The notes beneath the pieces are model-generated. The model did not search any database and was not told the origin of the DNA. It worked only from the letters and a program-made list of their open reading frames with translations. A DNA stretch of 64,000 nucleotides, from the NCBI GenBank assembly GCA_965285935.1, contig OZ260667.1, positions 50,034,001 through 50,098,000 of the forward strand, in the 5' to 3' direction. The first letter of the stretch is position 1; each line of letters starts with the position of its first letter. Below, one piece after another: positions 13,279-28,048 of the stretch. The stretch is from Ophelia neglecta (Eukaryota). A program made the translations under genes and the position numbers.

Positions 13279-16200
13279 ATGGCAGACGGGGGTGAAAAGA
13301 TCGCGGATTCCTTTGATTTTGATTCATGGGTTAAAAAATATGAATTCACAGAGAAAACAGTTACCATTCTTCGAAAGAAAGAGTTAACATCCTTACAAGT
13401 TTTACGTGTACTTACGTTAGCAGACGTAAAAGAACTACGTTTGACAATGGGACAACGAAAAACTTTGCAAATGGCTCTTGAAAAGCTAAACAATGATAAT
13501 TGGCCAATATCTAACGTAATGAAACCTGCAGCTAGTGAAACCTGTTGCAAACAGCACCCTGATGCTGGCTTGCAGCATTGTCAACTAGAATCCAGGAGAA
13601 GGAACTTGAAGCAAGCCCAGCACGGCGAAATAGGTTATTAAATTTTTTATTAATTCTTTCAATTTAGTTTAATGTAATCGGCGAAAGCCAATACTATGGC
13701 GAATGCGAAAGTGACATCTTAGTATTGACTGATATGAACATAAACTTACATATACCATTAGCCATTCATACTTAATACAAATTGGCATGACTGGGCTGGT
13801 TCTGTTTAGGGAAGAGTTGTAATTTTGTAATATGAGTGGCTTAATACTATAGTGGTCTAAGTGACATTCAATCCAAAATGGAGTTAGCCATTGCTTTACG
13901 GAGGTAGTAGTATTAACTGTCATTGCTGGAAATTGCTAGCTAGCATCTCAATAGGAAAAGCTCCATCTGGCGAGTAAAACATAGGCGACTTTACAATTGT
14001 TTAAAACGCTTAGTGTAAGAGTAGCCGAAGTGATATTGTACTGTAATGGTCTAAGAGAATGCCAATTGATCGTGACGATACAAAGCAATTTCTTACACCA
14101 CTCCTATTCTAGAGCAATATTCCAGCTCCTAATGTCAAGAAAAATCATTCAAAAGATGCAGACATGGATGTTTAAATTAACATTATTAACATCTTTAAAA
14201 TTGAAATGGTTTTAGTGCAATAATAGACTAATTGCGTTGAGTGCAATAGTGGACTAATTGACAGTTCCTTAGCATAATCACCTTTACAGTAGCGAGATAT
14301 TTTGGCGTCATATAATATAACAAAATAATATTGCGTATATTGCTATATTAAATCCCTCATTGAAGACGATTGATATATTAATCCGATTTTCTTTATATAT
14401 TTTTTTCGTATATTTATATCATATCAAAGACATTTAGAATGATTATACATGTCTATGCTTCAGTATATTATGCTAGTTTTTCTAATTGGTCATTATGAAT
14501 AATTGAATTAATTATATTTATCATTCTTAAAATTGATCAGTCATTTCAACTTCTTTTTATTATGTTATCATTATTTTAAGTAAAGTATAACACTCAAACG
14601 AAAATTTTACAATGTAGTAAAAATTGCATTGACATTGCCATTGAACCTATTTTTATTTTTACTTTGACTATCAGCTGATTTAAGATATGCCCTTGACCCT
14701 TATTTGACCTTAAACTTGACACGAATAAAGTCCATTGTTTTCTTTTAAGATGATCAATTCCTATTATATGTAGAACGCGCCAAGCCCAGGTTGATTTTTT
14801 TTTTCATTTTTGTGATTGGCTAGAGTAATAAATTGTCTTATTCGTAACAGTGACATAAGTGACCATTCTAAATCAGTAGTGGTCTAAGTGACATATTTGT
14901 TGTCATAACAACGAGATATCACTTAACATATTTTTGTTCAGAAAGCCATTTCAAATTATTAGCAAATAGACAAAACCATGTTTCCATGCGGATTTATAAT
15001 AATAAACTCAGAACTTTGCACCTCTGCTGTTAAGAACAATGAAAATGTCACTCAGACCGTTATTGTTCTAAGCCACTCGTATATTTTTTTTATTATATTA
15101 TGATATTATAATCAGTTGCTCAGTCATTACATACTGCAGGAAATATGTATATAATTTGAGATAACTTTCAATACAAGTAACGTTTCATTTTACTTGCTTA
15201 GTGTGTTGTGTGTGCAGGGGAGGGGGGGGGGGGGGATTTCGTTTATTGGATTTTTATTGACACCAAGATTCAGCTAAAATAGCTGAGAAAGAGACCTTTC
15301 ACATGTTCTAATCTGTTCATCCCTACACAGAGAAAGTTTTGTGACTTTTGGGATTTGATTCAAAATCGAAAATCTAAATTTTAGTGTGATTAATAATCAT
15401 TGGAAATATATGTAATGTTTTTGCACATGTTATTATTGTAATAACAAGTTAAAAGTTTATCTGAACTATTTTCTACCTTCCTAGTATTATCTTCATGAAT
15501 TTCTGCTTTCATACCTTTGTAGAAAGAAATCTAACACTCCTTTCAATAATTCATAAAGATCTTAATTAATAATCGATTAAAACCTTGTAAACATAACTGT
15601 AACAAACGGTATAACGTTTTTCTGTCAAAACTATAATGCTTGTATCAGTTGAAACACAACTATCATTAAAATAGCGCTCCAAATATGAATGTGTATGAAA
15701 GGCATATGAAAATGCCTTATAATAAAGGATGTCTTTCTACAACGGTAAGAAAGCAGAAATTCATGAATTTAATACTGAAAAAGGTAGAAAATTATTAATC
15801 TTTAAAGAAATTTTCCGAATAAAATATGATTATAATGTATCATTACTAATCAATGAAAAGTATTTTGCTAAAAGTCATTTATTAATCTTGCACTCTTCCA
15901 ACAAACTAACTAATCGCGTTAATCGATATAAATAGTCATAAATAGAGAAAGGCAATGCCTCGGCAGTAATCATGCTTGTACACACATGGAATGGCTAATC
16001 ATCGGTACACATTAAATATAAAAAAGAACTAGCCCTCTGCTATTCGGACCCCGTAAAACTCCTTACGAAAGCAACCTCTTGCATGCACCGTGTGAATGGA
16101 AACATTAAAATACCATGTTTAATAAAATCGCATGAAATGGATTGAAAAAAATGTTACAATTGCACGCAAAAGAAGATTATTAACTTATTTCAGGAATAGA

Positions 16201-19200
16201 TGTATACTTGCATAAAAGCCATAAGATATGCTAAGATATGCTTTATCGAGTACTTTTGAACCAGACATTAAATGGTTAATCTTCATGCAGACACAATTAG
16301 CTTATGGTTCAACCATCAGCACGTCTGCTGTGTACTTGATCACGACAATTAAAATGGAGATATGTGTAACACAGGCAACTATCGAATAAGGTAAACAAAT
16401 CAAAAAGAATAGTGTATTTTATGGTAGCTTGTAAAAATGACGTGTTGTCAATGTTTTATTCTCGACTCATAATATCGTATATTCCAGATACAACACAAGT
16501 AGAAGAGGACAACGACAAGGATTCCCTTCCAGACATTCGTGAAGGTAAACTTTTTAGGGTAAACTTTCAATGTCAGTATAAAGCAACCCCCCCCCCCTCA
16601 GTCAAGTGAGGTTTAGCATTAATTTGAAGAGATAGAAGGTGTTGCCAGTTCTGTCCAGTTAATAAAGATCCCTTATCTATCTTCTTAGATCCTTTAAGCA
16701 GTGAATGCATACATCAATACCTAATTCAATTATCTTGTGCGACCGTCTATTCATATTCAATATAATGAAATATTCATATTCAACAGAATTGACATATAAT
16801 GTCTTAGTTATATTTGCTTCAGTGCATATGATATATTATAAATATGAATTCTGGTTTATTTGGTGAGTTCAGTTCGTACCTGGGTACGAGGATTGATAAT
16901 TCTATTTTTCAACACATTTTATGTATTTAATATAATAACTAAAAAAATAATTTGCAAAAAAATAATGTTTGTACTCGCACTTTAAAATTATTGAAGCGTG
17001 ACTCTAACTCAAAATAAATCATACATGAAAACCGTGGCAGTTCCCTGATAAATAGGCAAGAAGACTGTCATACACATTTTAAAGCTTTCCTTATTTTGAT
17101 AAAACCCTAGTTTTTTACAATCCATAGTTTGAGCTTTCATTTTTATTTAGAGACAGTGTATTAAATAGTTTTGTAATAATTAACATGTCATTGCAAGCAA
17201 CCATCTGTACTACACTCTCTTAAATGTGGCCCAAATGTGATCCAAAGGAGCACACAAGAAAGTCAGATATCCTGTTTCCTGGAAGCTGTGATATAAATTT
17301 AAAAATATGTGAACATCTTGAAAACTGTTTCACACATTACAATTTCTGAACTTCGTGATTCTCCTTCAAGCAAAAATGCTCCGACAACAATTATCTTGTC
17401 ATGTTTTACACAAATTGCATTTATATATATTTTATATACAAGAATATTTCTTTGTACCCTGTCTGCCGCAGTTGTTATCTGATCTGGACACGTTGCTCAT
17501 ATAAATTTAACCATAATGCTATTCAATTTCGCTAGGGGGATACAGCAATACATGCTAGGGAAAAAAATTCTTTGCATAAGGTATGTAAACTGCGATGACT
17601 TAACAGTTTGTATTTTCCCTACTGTTGTAAGGTTTCTAGACAGCCATAGTTTGGCTGCTGCACGACACTTTTCTAGTTTTTTAATTCAAAATTCAAAAGT
17701 GGTTAGAACATAATTGGAAATGTGATACTTATCAGTCAAATATATAATAATGGTCATGTCAATTATCGTGGGAATGTTTATTATGTTTATTAGGAAGTGG
17801 ATTGAGCACGGTATGGTATTCATATAAGATTTATTGTCAAATGGTGTGCCTTATTATTATACCATTACCCCTTATCAAATAAGTCACATCCTAGAGGTGT
17901 GTCAAGGCAGTTGTATGTATGTGCACTTGGCCTGTAGGTGCGAAACAGAATACGTATGGCAAAAAGACATGAAATATCACTCTATACTATGAAATCTTCT
18001 TATGAGTTACTGTAGCATTTTGTCGGCTGTGGTGGAACACACCTGTCAAACATTGTCAGAAATTTGTAAAGTGAAGAACGAAATATTAAAGCAGTAAATG
18101 GCGAATATACTCTAAGGCTTGTAAAACATAGTGTGTTTAATTGACTAACCTTTGAAAGAGGGAAGTAACTGATGTCTAAATGGTTTACCCAGGTATTCGA
18201 AGAAGGGCTACGCAATAAAATAACTAAAATACTTTATATCTTTGCATACTTGCAAGTATGAAGGCGACAAACCACAATAATACACATGTTAGCATCAAAC
18301 ATATGTTCGAATCAGACGGCAATTGACATTTTACATTGTTTATTATCACATACATAATATGAGTAAGATGATATGCCAATAGCTATTCACATCATTTATA
18401 ATTCCATGAGTCCGAGGTTGTTCATTGTTATGGGGTTCCCTATTTAAAAGATTGTTGATAATTTCCTATTGCAAAGATAAGTTCATATTTTAGCTTTATT
18501 GTCATTCAACAACTTATATCCTTACTTGAGAGAATTTTGTCACGATTGCACATTAACTCTTTCCAGTAAAAGAGGAAAAGAAAATGTAATTGACAGCATC
18601 GAACAATTCGTGCGAATTAACCATCTTCGTACATTGTCTTCTTTTCGCCTACAGGGAACTCAAGAGGATTCATTCAGAACAGTGGAATTGAATCGAGCTT
18701 CGATCAGATCACATGTCAAGCAAATATCAATCGTTCAAACGTCAAACAGTTGAGAAGCCTGATAAAACAGGACTCTGAAACTATCACGAACTCTTTTCGC
18801 CATGATGGGAAATTGGCAGAAGTAAGGAGCGTAACCAGAGACACTGGGCAAAATACTGACAACACCAACAGTATGGAAGTCGAATATTCTACCAGCATTG
18901 TAAAGAAATCTTCTGCATTGAAACCTACGTTCCGCAATCCTATTGTACTTGAAAGCAAAGAACAAGCTTTCAATGTTGAAGATATTCTAAGAATATTAGA
19001 TATCGAAAAGTATCATCCGAGCAAAATCAGTCTACAGCAAATCATGTCTATTTTAGTCGAACCAATCAAAAGCTACGGTCCAATACAAGTTTGTCCCTTA
19101 GCCTATTTAAGCCACTTACTAATGTTAGATTTTAGAACGAGGGATTTTTTATTACCACAACAAACTGGCGAGCAAACGAACATTTCTAACCAAATTCAAA

Positions 19201-22200
19201 GTATTTTTAACACGAATAATTTAAGTGTGGGTCGGTTCCATCCGCAAGATTTGTTTCTTCTTTTTTTCCAATGTTGTGATCTACCCCTGCGGCAGGTGCT
19301 AATGGCAAAATGTTTTTTGTGTCGATTAGCAATTCCGTTTATTTCCCCTGTGAATGATAAACTAGAATGCGCAATTTGGTCCTTGCGCAATATAGTCATT
19401 AATTATAAAACTGAGAAAAATAAAACTATCGAAAATAGTGTGCTAACCACGGAGCTGGATATCATAGGATTTTGTAGGGTACACGACATCCCAAATCTCT
19501 CCAAGTCCAAACTTCTGAATGAACTACTCAGCGAAAGCGCCCACCCTACATTTTACCATCGTGACTGTCTTGGAGGAAAGACCCAACGTCTAGTCTCCAA
19601 TGGGATAATAGAAGCATCCTGGTACCTACCCTCGGGAATATATAGCGATGTATTCAAAAGGTGCACTATGTTTTTGAACCTTCGTGGGGATTGCTTAGAG
19701 CATGAAAGGCAGGTCAGCATTATAAACAAAATTGCATCTATCACAGTATTATTTGTGAATGTCGAGGAATTGGCTGAACTTAAGATATGTAACGCGATAA
19801 AAGGCTTCATGCGAAATACGCTTACTATTTTGGTGATTAGCTATCAGGATAAAATGGAGATGAACAATCAGTTTGCTATAGATTTAAGACAAGAAAATGA
19901 ACGGCCGCTCAGTATTATATATACATTTACTGATGGCATGAAAAAAGATGCTTCCCAAATAAGAAAAGAAGTCCAGTCGTCGATTGACAACTATCTCACA
20001 CACAATGTGAACAGAAATACACTCGAAGCGTGTATAAAAGGTTTTCGTGAAGAGCATTGTATCATCGACGAAGATAACACTTTCTGCGAAGAGGGAAGGC
20101 AATGTGCCGATAAACTGTTTCGTTACATATGCAAAACGCCAACGAACATAGAAAGTGATATCCTTCCAATGCAAGAAGATCCCCGAAATAGATCGAAAAA
20201 GCCACAAAAAGCTGTAAAGGAGGAACGGAAGTGTACAGCTAGGGAAGACACGGACATATTGCAAATCATAATGGTTAATGCTATAGGTGACCAACTAGAA
20301 AGTTGCAAAACATCACACGATCGTCTTGATACATTCACCCAGATTATAGGAAATTTATCCACCACACACTTGTTGCCGTTCTCTCTCTGTTGGATAAAAT
20401 TATATTTTGATCGGCATTCACGTGACAACTTGCCATCATTGCGTCGTGCGTTTTACGACAATTGGAGAGAATTCCAGGAAGCTAAAAGAACAAATGATGT
20501 CCTTAATCTAAACAACAAAAGGGAGACAATGCATTTGGCTGAAAAATCTATTTTCGACGCCTCTTTTGGCCTAGAGCATCTTATCAGAAATTTGGGACAA
20601 ACGTACGAAGCAGGCTTTGAGAAAAAATCACAAGACATTGTGAGAAATAGGCTTGATGATCTTTCCGTGACAGTTGCACACATGTTGATCGGCGGACAAC
20701 CGTTTGAATTGATGGACGGGGACGCTGGAAACATTCCAATTAAATGGGTAAAGGCAATATTTACCAGTCTGGAGAATATACTGGGACAAAGCAGGGTCTT
20801 TATTGTAACCGTTCTCGGAATACAGAGCTCGGGGAAATCCACTTTGTTAAATACAATGTTCGGCGTACAGTTTTCCGTAAGTGCAGGTAGATGCACGCGA
20901 GGCATTTATATGCAAATGTTAAGAGTAGACAAAAAAAATTCGGACCTGCAGTTTGATTATGTTCTCGTCCTTGACACAGAAGGATTGAGAGCTCCAGAAT
21001 ATGAACCTCAGAATTACTACTATGATAATAAAATGGCGACTCTAGCTATTGGCCTCGGTGATGTAACCATGGTTAACATTAAAGGAGAAAATTATGCAGA
21101 ATTGAAAGATGTGTTCCAATCGGCAGTTCATGCATTTCTTCGACTGAAACATGTCACAGAAATTAATACAAGTCGCCGAAGATGGATATTTATTCACCAG
21201 AATGTACCTGCTATTAATGCAGAGGCCAAATTGCGGCATGGTTGTCAAAAGCTACTAGAGTGTCTCGACGACATGGCCCCGGACGCAGCATTACTAGAAG
21301 ACAGCCCCTGTAGCATCAGACGATTTTCTGATATAATAGATTTTGATTGTTTTTCTGATGTATGGTTCCTTCCAGGTCTTTGGAATGGTGATCCACCGAT
21401 GGCCCACCCCAACATTGGCTATATTGAAAAAGTTAAACTCCTCAAAAATGAAATAATCCAAGTTTCGAAAAGACGTAAATCATTTCTTCGTTTATGTGAT
21501 TTTTTCCAAACCATTGAAGGTCTTTGGGAAGGTATACAGTGTGATGACATTTTTAATTACCAGAATTTCAGAGTTCACAAAGCATACAATAATTCTGACA
21601 ACATGGTCATAAACATACAGCGGAATCTGGAACAAGATGTGAACCCGTTCATGAAGACACGTACCGAAACCCTTACGAGCTCCCGTGGAAGTCACGAAGA
21701 AGCCAGACAGTGTGGAATAAATTTGAATGCCGAACTACGAAATATCATTGACACACAGAGCAGAAAAAGAACAAAGTTACTGGCGGCATATTTTGACAGT
21801 AGTCCTTATGCAGACTACATTGCCCAATATCATGGTCAAAAAATACAAACTCTCAAATTATACACATTGGACTTGCTGGCTGATAAGAAATGTGCACTGA
21901 AGGTTTGTCAGTATGCCTTAACATTTTGTAATTTGCTAAAATGGAAAGAGTGCCAACAAAATCGTTCAACACAAAATGAAGCCCCTGTAGAATTCAGAGT
22001 TCGTATATGGGAGGGGATCATTGATCAGTTGATGTCTTCTTTTCCAGAACATGTAAAAATCGCATTAAACCAGCTTGATCAATGCCGAATACATTCAAGG
22101 TCCTATACCGGTAACCTGCAGTTTGATAATGTTCTCGTCCTTGACACAGAAGGATTGAGAGCTCCAGAATATGAACCTCAGAACTACAACCATGATAATA

Positions 22201-23963
22201 AAATGGCGACTCTAGCTATTGGCCTTGGTGATGTAACCATGGTTAACATTAAAGGAGAAAATTATGCAGAATTGAAAGATGTCTTCCAATCGGCAGTTCA
22301 TGCATTTCCTCGACTGAAACATGTCACAGAAATTAATATAAGTCGCCGAAGATGGATATTTGTTCACCAGAATGTACCTGCTATTAATGCAGAGGCCAAA
22401 TTGCGGCATGGTTGTCAAAAGCTACTAGCGTGTCTCGACGACATGGCCCCGGACGCAACAATACTAGAAGACAGCCCCTGCAGCATCAGACGATTTTCTG
22501 ATATAATAGATTTTGATTGTTCTTCCGATGTATGGTTCCTTCCAGGACTTTGGAATGGTGATCCACCGATGGCCCACCCCAACATTGGCTATATTGAAAA
22601 TGATAAACTCCTCAAAAATGAAATAATCCAAGTTTCAAAAAGACGTAAATCATTTCTTCGTTTATGTGATTTTTTCCAAACCATTGAAGGTCTTTGGGAA
22701 GGTATACAGTCTGATAACATTTTTGATTACCAGAATTTCAGAGTTCACAAAGCATACAATAATTCTGACAACATGGTCATAAACATACAGCGGAATCTGG
22801 AACAAGATGTGAACCCGTTCATGAAGACACGTACCGAAACCCTTATGAGCTCCTGTGGAAGTCACGAAGAAGCCAGACAGTGTGGAATAAATTTGAATGC
22901 CGAACTACGAAATATCATTGACACACAGAGCAGAAAAAGAACAAAGTTACTGGCGGCATATTTTGACAGTAGTCCTTATGCAGACTATATTGCCCAATAT
23001 CATGGTCAAAAAATACAAGCTCTCAAATTATACACATTGGACTGGCTGGCTTATAAGAAATTTGCACTGAAGGTTTGTCAGTATGCCTTAACATTTTGTA
23101 ATTGGCTAAAATGGAAAGAGTGCCAACAAAATCTTTCAACACAAAATGAGGCCCCTGTAGAATTCAGAGTTCGTATATGGGAGGGGATCAGTGATCAATT
23201 GATGTCTTCTTTTCTCGTATTAAACCAGCTTGATCAATGCCGAATACATTCAAGGTCCTATACCGGTAAGCTGGAAGTTAGCATAGAAATATATGTTATC
23301 AGCAAAGAGGAGGGCCATTTCACAGTGACCACAGCCCAAAAGCAGAAAAAGAAACTGGCGAAAGAAAAATTAGAAAAATTTAGTACATGCATTCTCTCAA
23401 AGCATTTCAATCAAAACTTGAGAAACGCCGACATTTATTTGCAAGATTTACAAATGACCGACAATTTCCTCACACCCAATATAACAGATGACCATATAAT
23501 GGAGCTAATAGCAAAGGCCACGAAACACCAGACTCCGTTATGCAGAAGCGAAGCATCAAACTATGAAATAAAAATCTTCCCCCCCTGGAAAATTAAAATT
23601 GCTCTGAAGGTTTGTCCATACAAAAGAAACCTTGGGCAAGAATGCGCTCAACTGGAAAATATTTACAAAAGTTTGACAACCGAAACAGTAAAATGGGAAG
23701 AGAAGATCGTATATGTGCCAATATTGGAAAAATTATGGGGTTGTGGGACTGTATGTCATTTCTGCTTAGAACCATGTCTTTGTAGCGAATGTCAGCACAA
23801 CGATAGAATGCCTCAAAAGTGTATACAGCAAAGACCTGGAGGAATCGTCGGGCGCTTTTCAAAAGACAACGACAAGTTGGTTATTACAGCGTGTAATAAA
23901 TGTGTTCTAACGGAAAATTCAGAATGCACTGAGAAATCCCCAAATGATCCCCAGCTGATCTAA
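13279..23963 (+). CDS. GVIN1: VLIG-A: SAM-domain very large inducible GTPase (GVIN1/URGCP family), ~1906 aa; exons 13279-13633, 16488-16544, 18655-23963; rearranged, possibly decaying
   Basis: SAM-like exon (FDSWVKKYEF..LTLADVKELRLTMGQRKTL). Phase-1 junctions are all in frame, although the exon-1 donor GTTATT is weak. Motifs: G1 GIQSSGKS (20817), G2 GRCTRG, G3 DTEGL (20973), FIHQNV, PFELMDGD, C-terminal GCxxxCxFCxxPC. Symbol is family-level only. Confidence 0.85.
15468..15792. mobile_element. Foldback/MITE-like element with ~63-bp inverted arms
   Basis: 15468-15530 (ATTTTCTACC..TTCATGAATTTCTGCTTTC..TTGTAGAAAGA) is the near reverse complement of 15729-15792. Confidence 0.65.
20944..23268 (+). 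repeat. In-frame 1170-bp intragenic tandem duplication in VLIG-A
   Basis: ACCTGCAGTTTGAT starts at 20944 and 22114. The copies are nearly identical; the second has a 15-bp deletion. Confidence 0.97.
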
Positions 23964-24165
23964 TATTTCACCGTTTTAAAGAGTACAAGAAACACCAACC
24001 CGATTGGGACCTACTACCTGCCATAAAAAAAGGAATCTAAATACTGGCTCTGGTATATGGCTAAGTATCAAAACCAAATAGCGGAAAAAAACTCAAAAAG
24101 CCCGCCGAAATTCCCGCTGCATGGAAAGAAATTACTAAAGAAGAAGCTTTAAAAAGCTTATTGTG
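23964..24165 (+). pseudogene. Frameshifted C-terminal remnant of VLIG-A
   Basis: Across three frames it reads FHRFKEYKKHQPDW / ESKYWLWYMAKYQ / KPAEIPAAWKEITKEEALKSL, matching the VLIG-B C-terminus. Confidence 0.9.
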
Positions 24166-26845
24166 TAGTTATACCCAAACTACATTGTTAAAGCACAATA
24201 AACACTGGCAAATTCCCAAACACGACACGCGTTTTGCGCTCGGCACATAATTATTACTGGAATTTAAACCGAATAGAATATACTTTATGTGCCCTCAACA
24301 CCAACTGTATGCTTTGCCTGTTTAAGATGGTAGGATACATAGTTAGACTCTGTTACTAAGCTAACTTTGTTTTAGTGCCATGTTTTATTGCCAGACACGA
24401 AAGTAATGTGTTTAACCGCTTAAAAATAATATCATACCTGCCAAATGAAAGAAACTAGATTTCAGTTATTAAAATAGAAACTAGTCTTTTACTTTAAATA
24501 CCTTTTGTTTTCCCATGTTTTTTGTTGGCATGCAAAATATTAATACAATTTGGTGATATTTGTTCTTTCTATATGCATGTCACAATTTCCGCTAACTAAA
24601 CCCATGTAATGGCATTTACCTTAATAATAAAAAATGGAAAGCCTGCGAAATAATTTGACTACTACAAACGGAAATCTGCAAAATAATAATGCCAAAAATT
24701 AGTTGAGACCAAAAATGAAAACATTTTATCGTAAAGCACGAACATGCTTTATTTAAATGTTATAAAAATATGGCATGAAAAATAAAACAATATGCTGCAG
24801 TTACATATGATCAGCGAATAGCGAATATTAAATTGATGTCAATTACTGTTCGCAGGCTTGAAATTTATATTGAATATTGTTTATATTACACATAACTACA
24901 CAGTCTTACGCTGGGCAAAAATTGTCGTTTTTACGTAGTTTAAATTTGCAAAAGATGTACATGTAACATGCGAATGACTTCTTACAATTTGTTCTCAAGT
25001 GACGTACTGTGCAGCAAGATTGTAGCACTTGTCTTTTCTATATATATTTTTCTTATTAGCGTAGCTTTACAAGCCACACTTGTTTCATATCGGCTATGAC
25101 AATTTGTATTACTCTGTTTATGTCCTAAATAAAAGTAATTATCACAAAATCAATCTGCTGTGTATCATGTAATGCTAGAATTACATTATAATTTGCGTCA
25201 CCCGTAATTGAAGTTTACCGCTAACTCATACTCTGTTATATAGTACCGTGGTATATGGTTAATAAAAGGGAGAACTATTGGCCATCTTATGAATTGTGTT
25301 ACTTAATTATGTTTACTTCGCAAATGCCTCTGTGACAACGTACCGGAATGCCAAAACGCCCGATTTAAATTTTTGTTATGAAAATTTGTTTATTGCTGTC
25401 TTATAGTTTTAATTCGAGGTTCAAATTAATTAGGACTTAATTAGCTGATTAACTATTTCATACTATATGTCAGTGACCTACTGTTTAATTATCGAACAAG
25501 ATTCGAGAAGTTGAGGGAATAACCACAACAACTACTATGGTGTAATGTCTAATATAATCCCGGTGTTGATGAGGTATTTTGGCTAGAATTTTGGCAGGAT
25601 CCAGCCTCGAGCTATGCTTGATATCAACGTCGCGTAAACGAGTTGCTATGTACTGATATATCTGCATTTGTTGATATTCGTTTTCTAGCCAATATACACT
25701 TTGAACACCGGGTCTATAATTAGGCATGATTCAAAGTGTAATTGACATATTGCTCTCTTAATGTCTGTTCACGGCTAGGTCATATATTTGTAAAAAAAAA
25801 AATGTCCACTGATATATCATAAACTGATATCATGTGTATGAGTATAAGCAATGTTGGGATCAGGATGTTTTTTTGCAAGTTATAAATTATGCGTTTATAA
25901 AATCATGTCGAGTTGATAATCATACTTTAACTTCACTAGTAATGTGACTTAATTAAAACCATTTATTTCCAATTAAGGATCTTTTAAAACTATGCCAAAT
26001 GATATACGATGATATTAATATGCTGCTTTGAATACTATTAATATTGTTGTATAAAATGGACTTTGTATCCTTTCCAAAAACTAGGCACCCTTCAGTTTTT
26101 CTCGACTCTGCTCTTTAGAAATAACTTTAAATTGCTACATAGGGAACAATGCCTTCCAGACCATCTGAGCAAATCGTACAATAATAAAAAGCGAAACATG
26201 TTTCAGGCAGACATAGTGTAGAAAACCATTCCCCGTGGTTTTGTTCGTGTGGTTTAACAACTAGAATATGGGGCACAATGCCTCAGTGTTCAACAGACAG
26301 GGATAAGTGACATATGCCTCATATATGCTTCGCTCTATCCTTGTTTATGCTAGTTGACCAATTGTTCAAAATCGTATTGTGGCAGTTGCTATGTAAATTT
26401 TGCATAGTAAAAAATTGGAAGCCATTATACCCCATATTCCACTTGTTTATCTTTTTGTAAACATGGCCACCGTGGATGTTTGTCTACATAGATTGTGTAT
26501 GCCTGAAACATATTTCTTTTTTCATAATAATTGTACCATAGGTAGGCGTGCCGTACGAGTTGTATGATAGCTGTGCAATATCCGCCAGCATGCACATAGT
26601 GCTGACGATTAACTAAACAGTTGTTCTTGAAATATAGAGCTGCATGAGGGCTGTTGAATTGGTCAGTATATTTCACTATGTTTCACTTCATAAATACTGT
26701 TACAGATTTATAAAAAGTGACAGATGCAGAGATACAGAGCAACTCACACACTTCTTTTCCCACTACAAACTACTTAACAATTTTCGACTCTTCGTGTTTT
26801 ATTTAGGCAAAAACACATAAGTATTGACAGCCTATAGCAAGAGAT

Positions 26846-27070
26846 GGCTTTGTGTTAACACGAAAGCGAAATCTTCGGCGAAAGCAGCATTGGCAATAAT
26901 CATAAATATCAGTTATTTTATAACCCAACCCTAACCCAGACATCTCAATTTTGTTTTTGATATAAATGGGTAAGGGTAGGGTTATTATTGTGTTCATACT
27001 ACATGTAGCTCAATTTAAGAGGCCATGCGGCTTTCGCCGAAGCTTTAGCTTTCGCCGTTAACACAGAGCC
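26846..27070. mobile_element. Palindromic MITE (~225 bp)
   Basis: Outer inverted arms GGCTTTGTGTTAAC..CGAAAGC..CTTCGGCGAAAGC and inner inverted AACCCAACCCTAACCCA / TGGGTAAGGGTAGGGTT. Confidence 0.75.
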
Positions 27071-28048
27071 CAAGAGATCGCCTCCGCGCTTCACTGAATT
27101 TGCCATTCGGTTCATCTGGCCGTAGTTTTTCAATAAACATGTGTTATTGCTTTTAGAACATTCTTGAACACCAACATCTTGCCAGAATACTAAGCGGTGA
27201 TTATTATGATTCGATAGCACTGCTGTTTTTCCGTGAACTAAACGAAGGTCACCTGTCATGAAGAACTCCCAGACTATTTTTACTAGGAAAATAACCCAAC
27301 CACACCCGCCCGAACCCTTAGCACTTTTATGTATCCATAATTATATTTATCATGGTCTCGTTAGGCAGACAATTGTTTCTTTTTTGTAAATCATTTATTT
27401 ATAAAATATTTATTAGAAATTCATATCCTAATATATCTAGGCGTAGAAATAATATATCGTAGAAATTTTAGTCCGGGTGACTGTAGGTACTAGTTTTTTA
27501 AGATGTTTGATTAAATATCCTAGTAGTTTTAGGCCTTCCTATCCAGATCACGGGACCTGGTATATTAATTTTTGAGGACTCTTCTTGGTTGGTTGGTTGG
27601 TTTATACAACATGCATTATACTTTATATGCTAGGCTTGCACATTGTCGCAATCATAGAAATAGTCACTATTATGACTATAATGCGATGTACGAATACTTG
27701 TAAATAGATCTGTGCTCGGAGCCGGTCCGACCAGAAGAGGAGGGTATGGAACACAGATTGCGGAAACCCGCATACTTTACACAATATTGCATTATAACTA
27801 AACGCTCGCGTACAACCTCTTTCAAAACTAGTTTTCAATCCTTGGGTAATTTTGGAGTTTGCTTGGGTAAACCCTTACAACAGGCCAGTAGATTTCAAGT
27901 TGGGAATGTACTATACAATTAAGGGGCCATAAATTTACTTTCATCAGTAACAATCGTCAGCATTATTTATCTTTTCTTCAAAGTAGTTTAGCTGGTATAT
28001 TACCAGATTAAAGCTTTGCTGCAATATCAGCATTAAATTATATATTAG

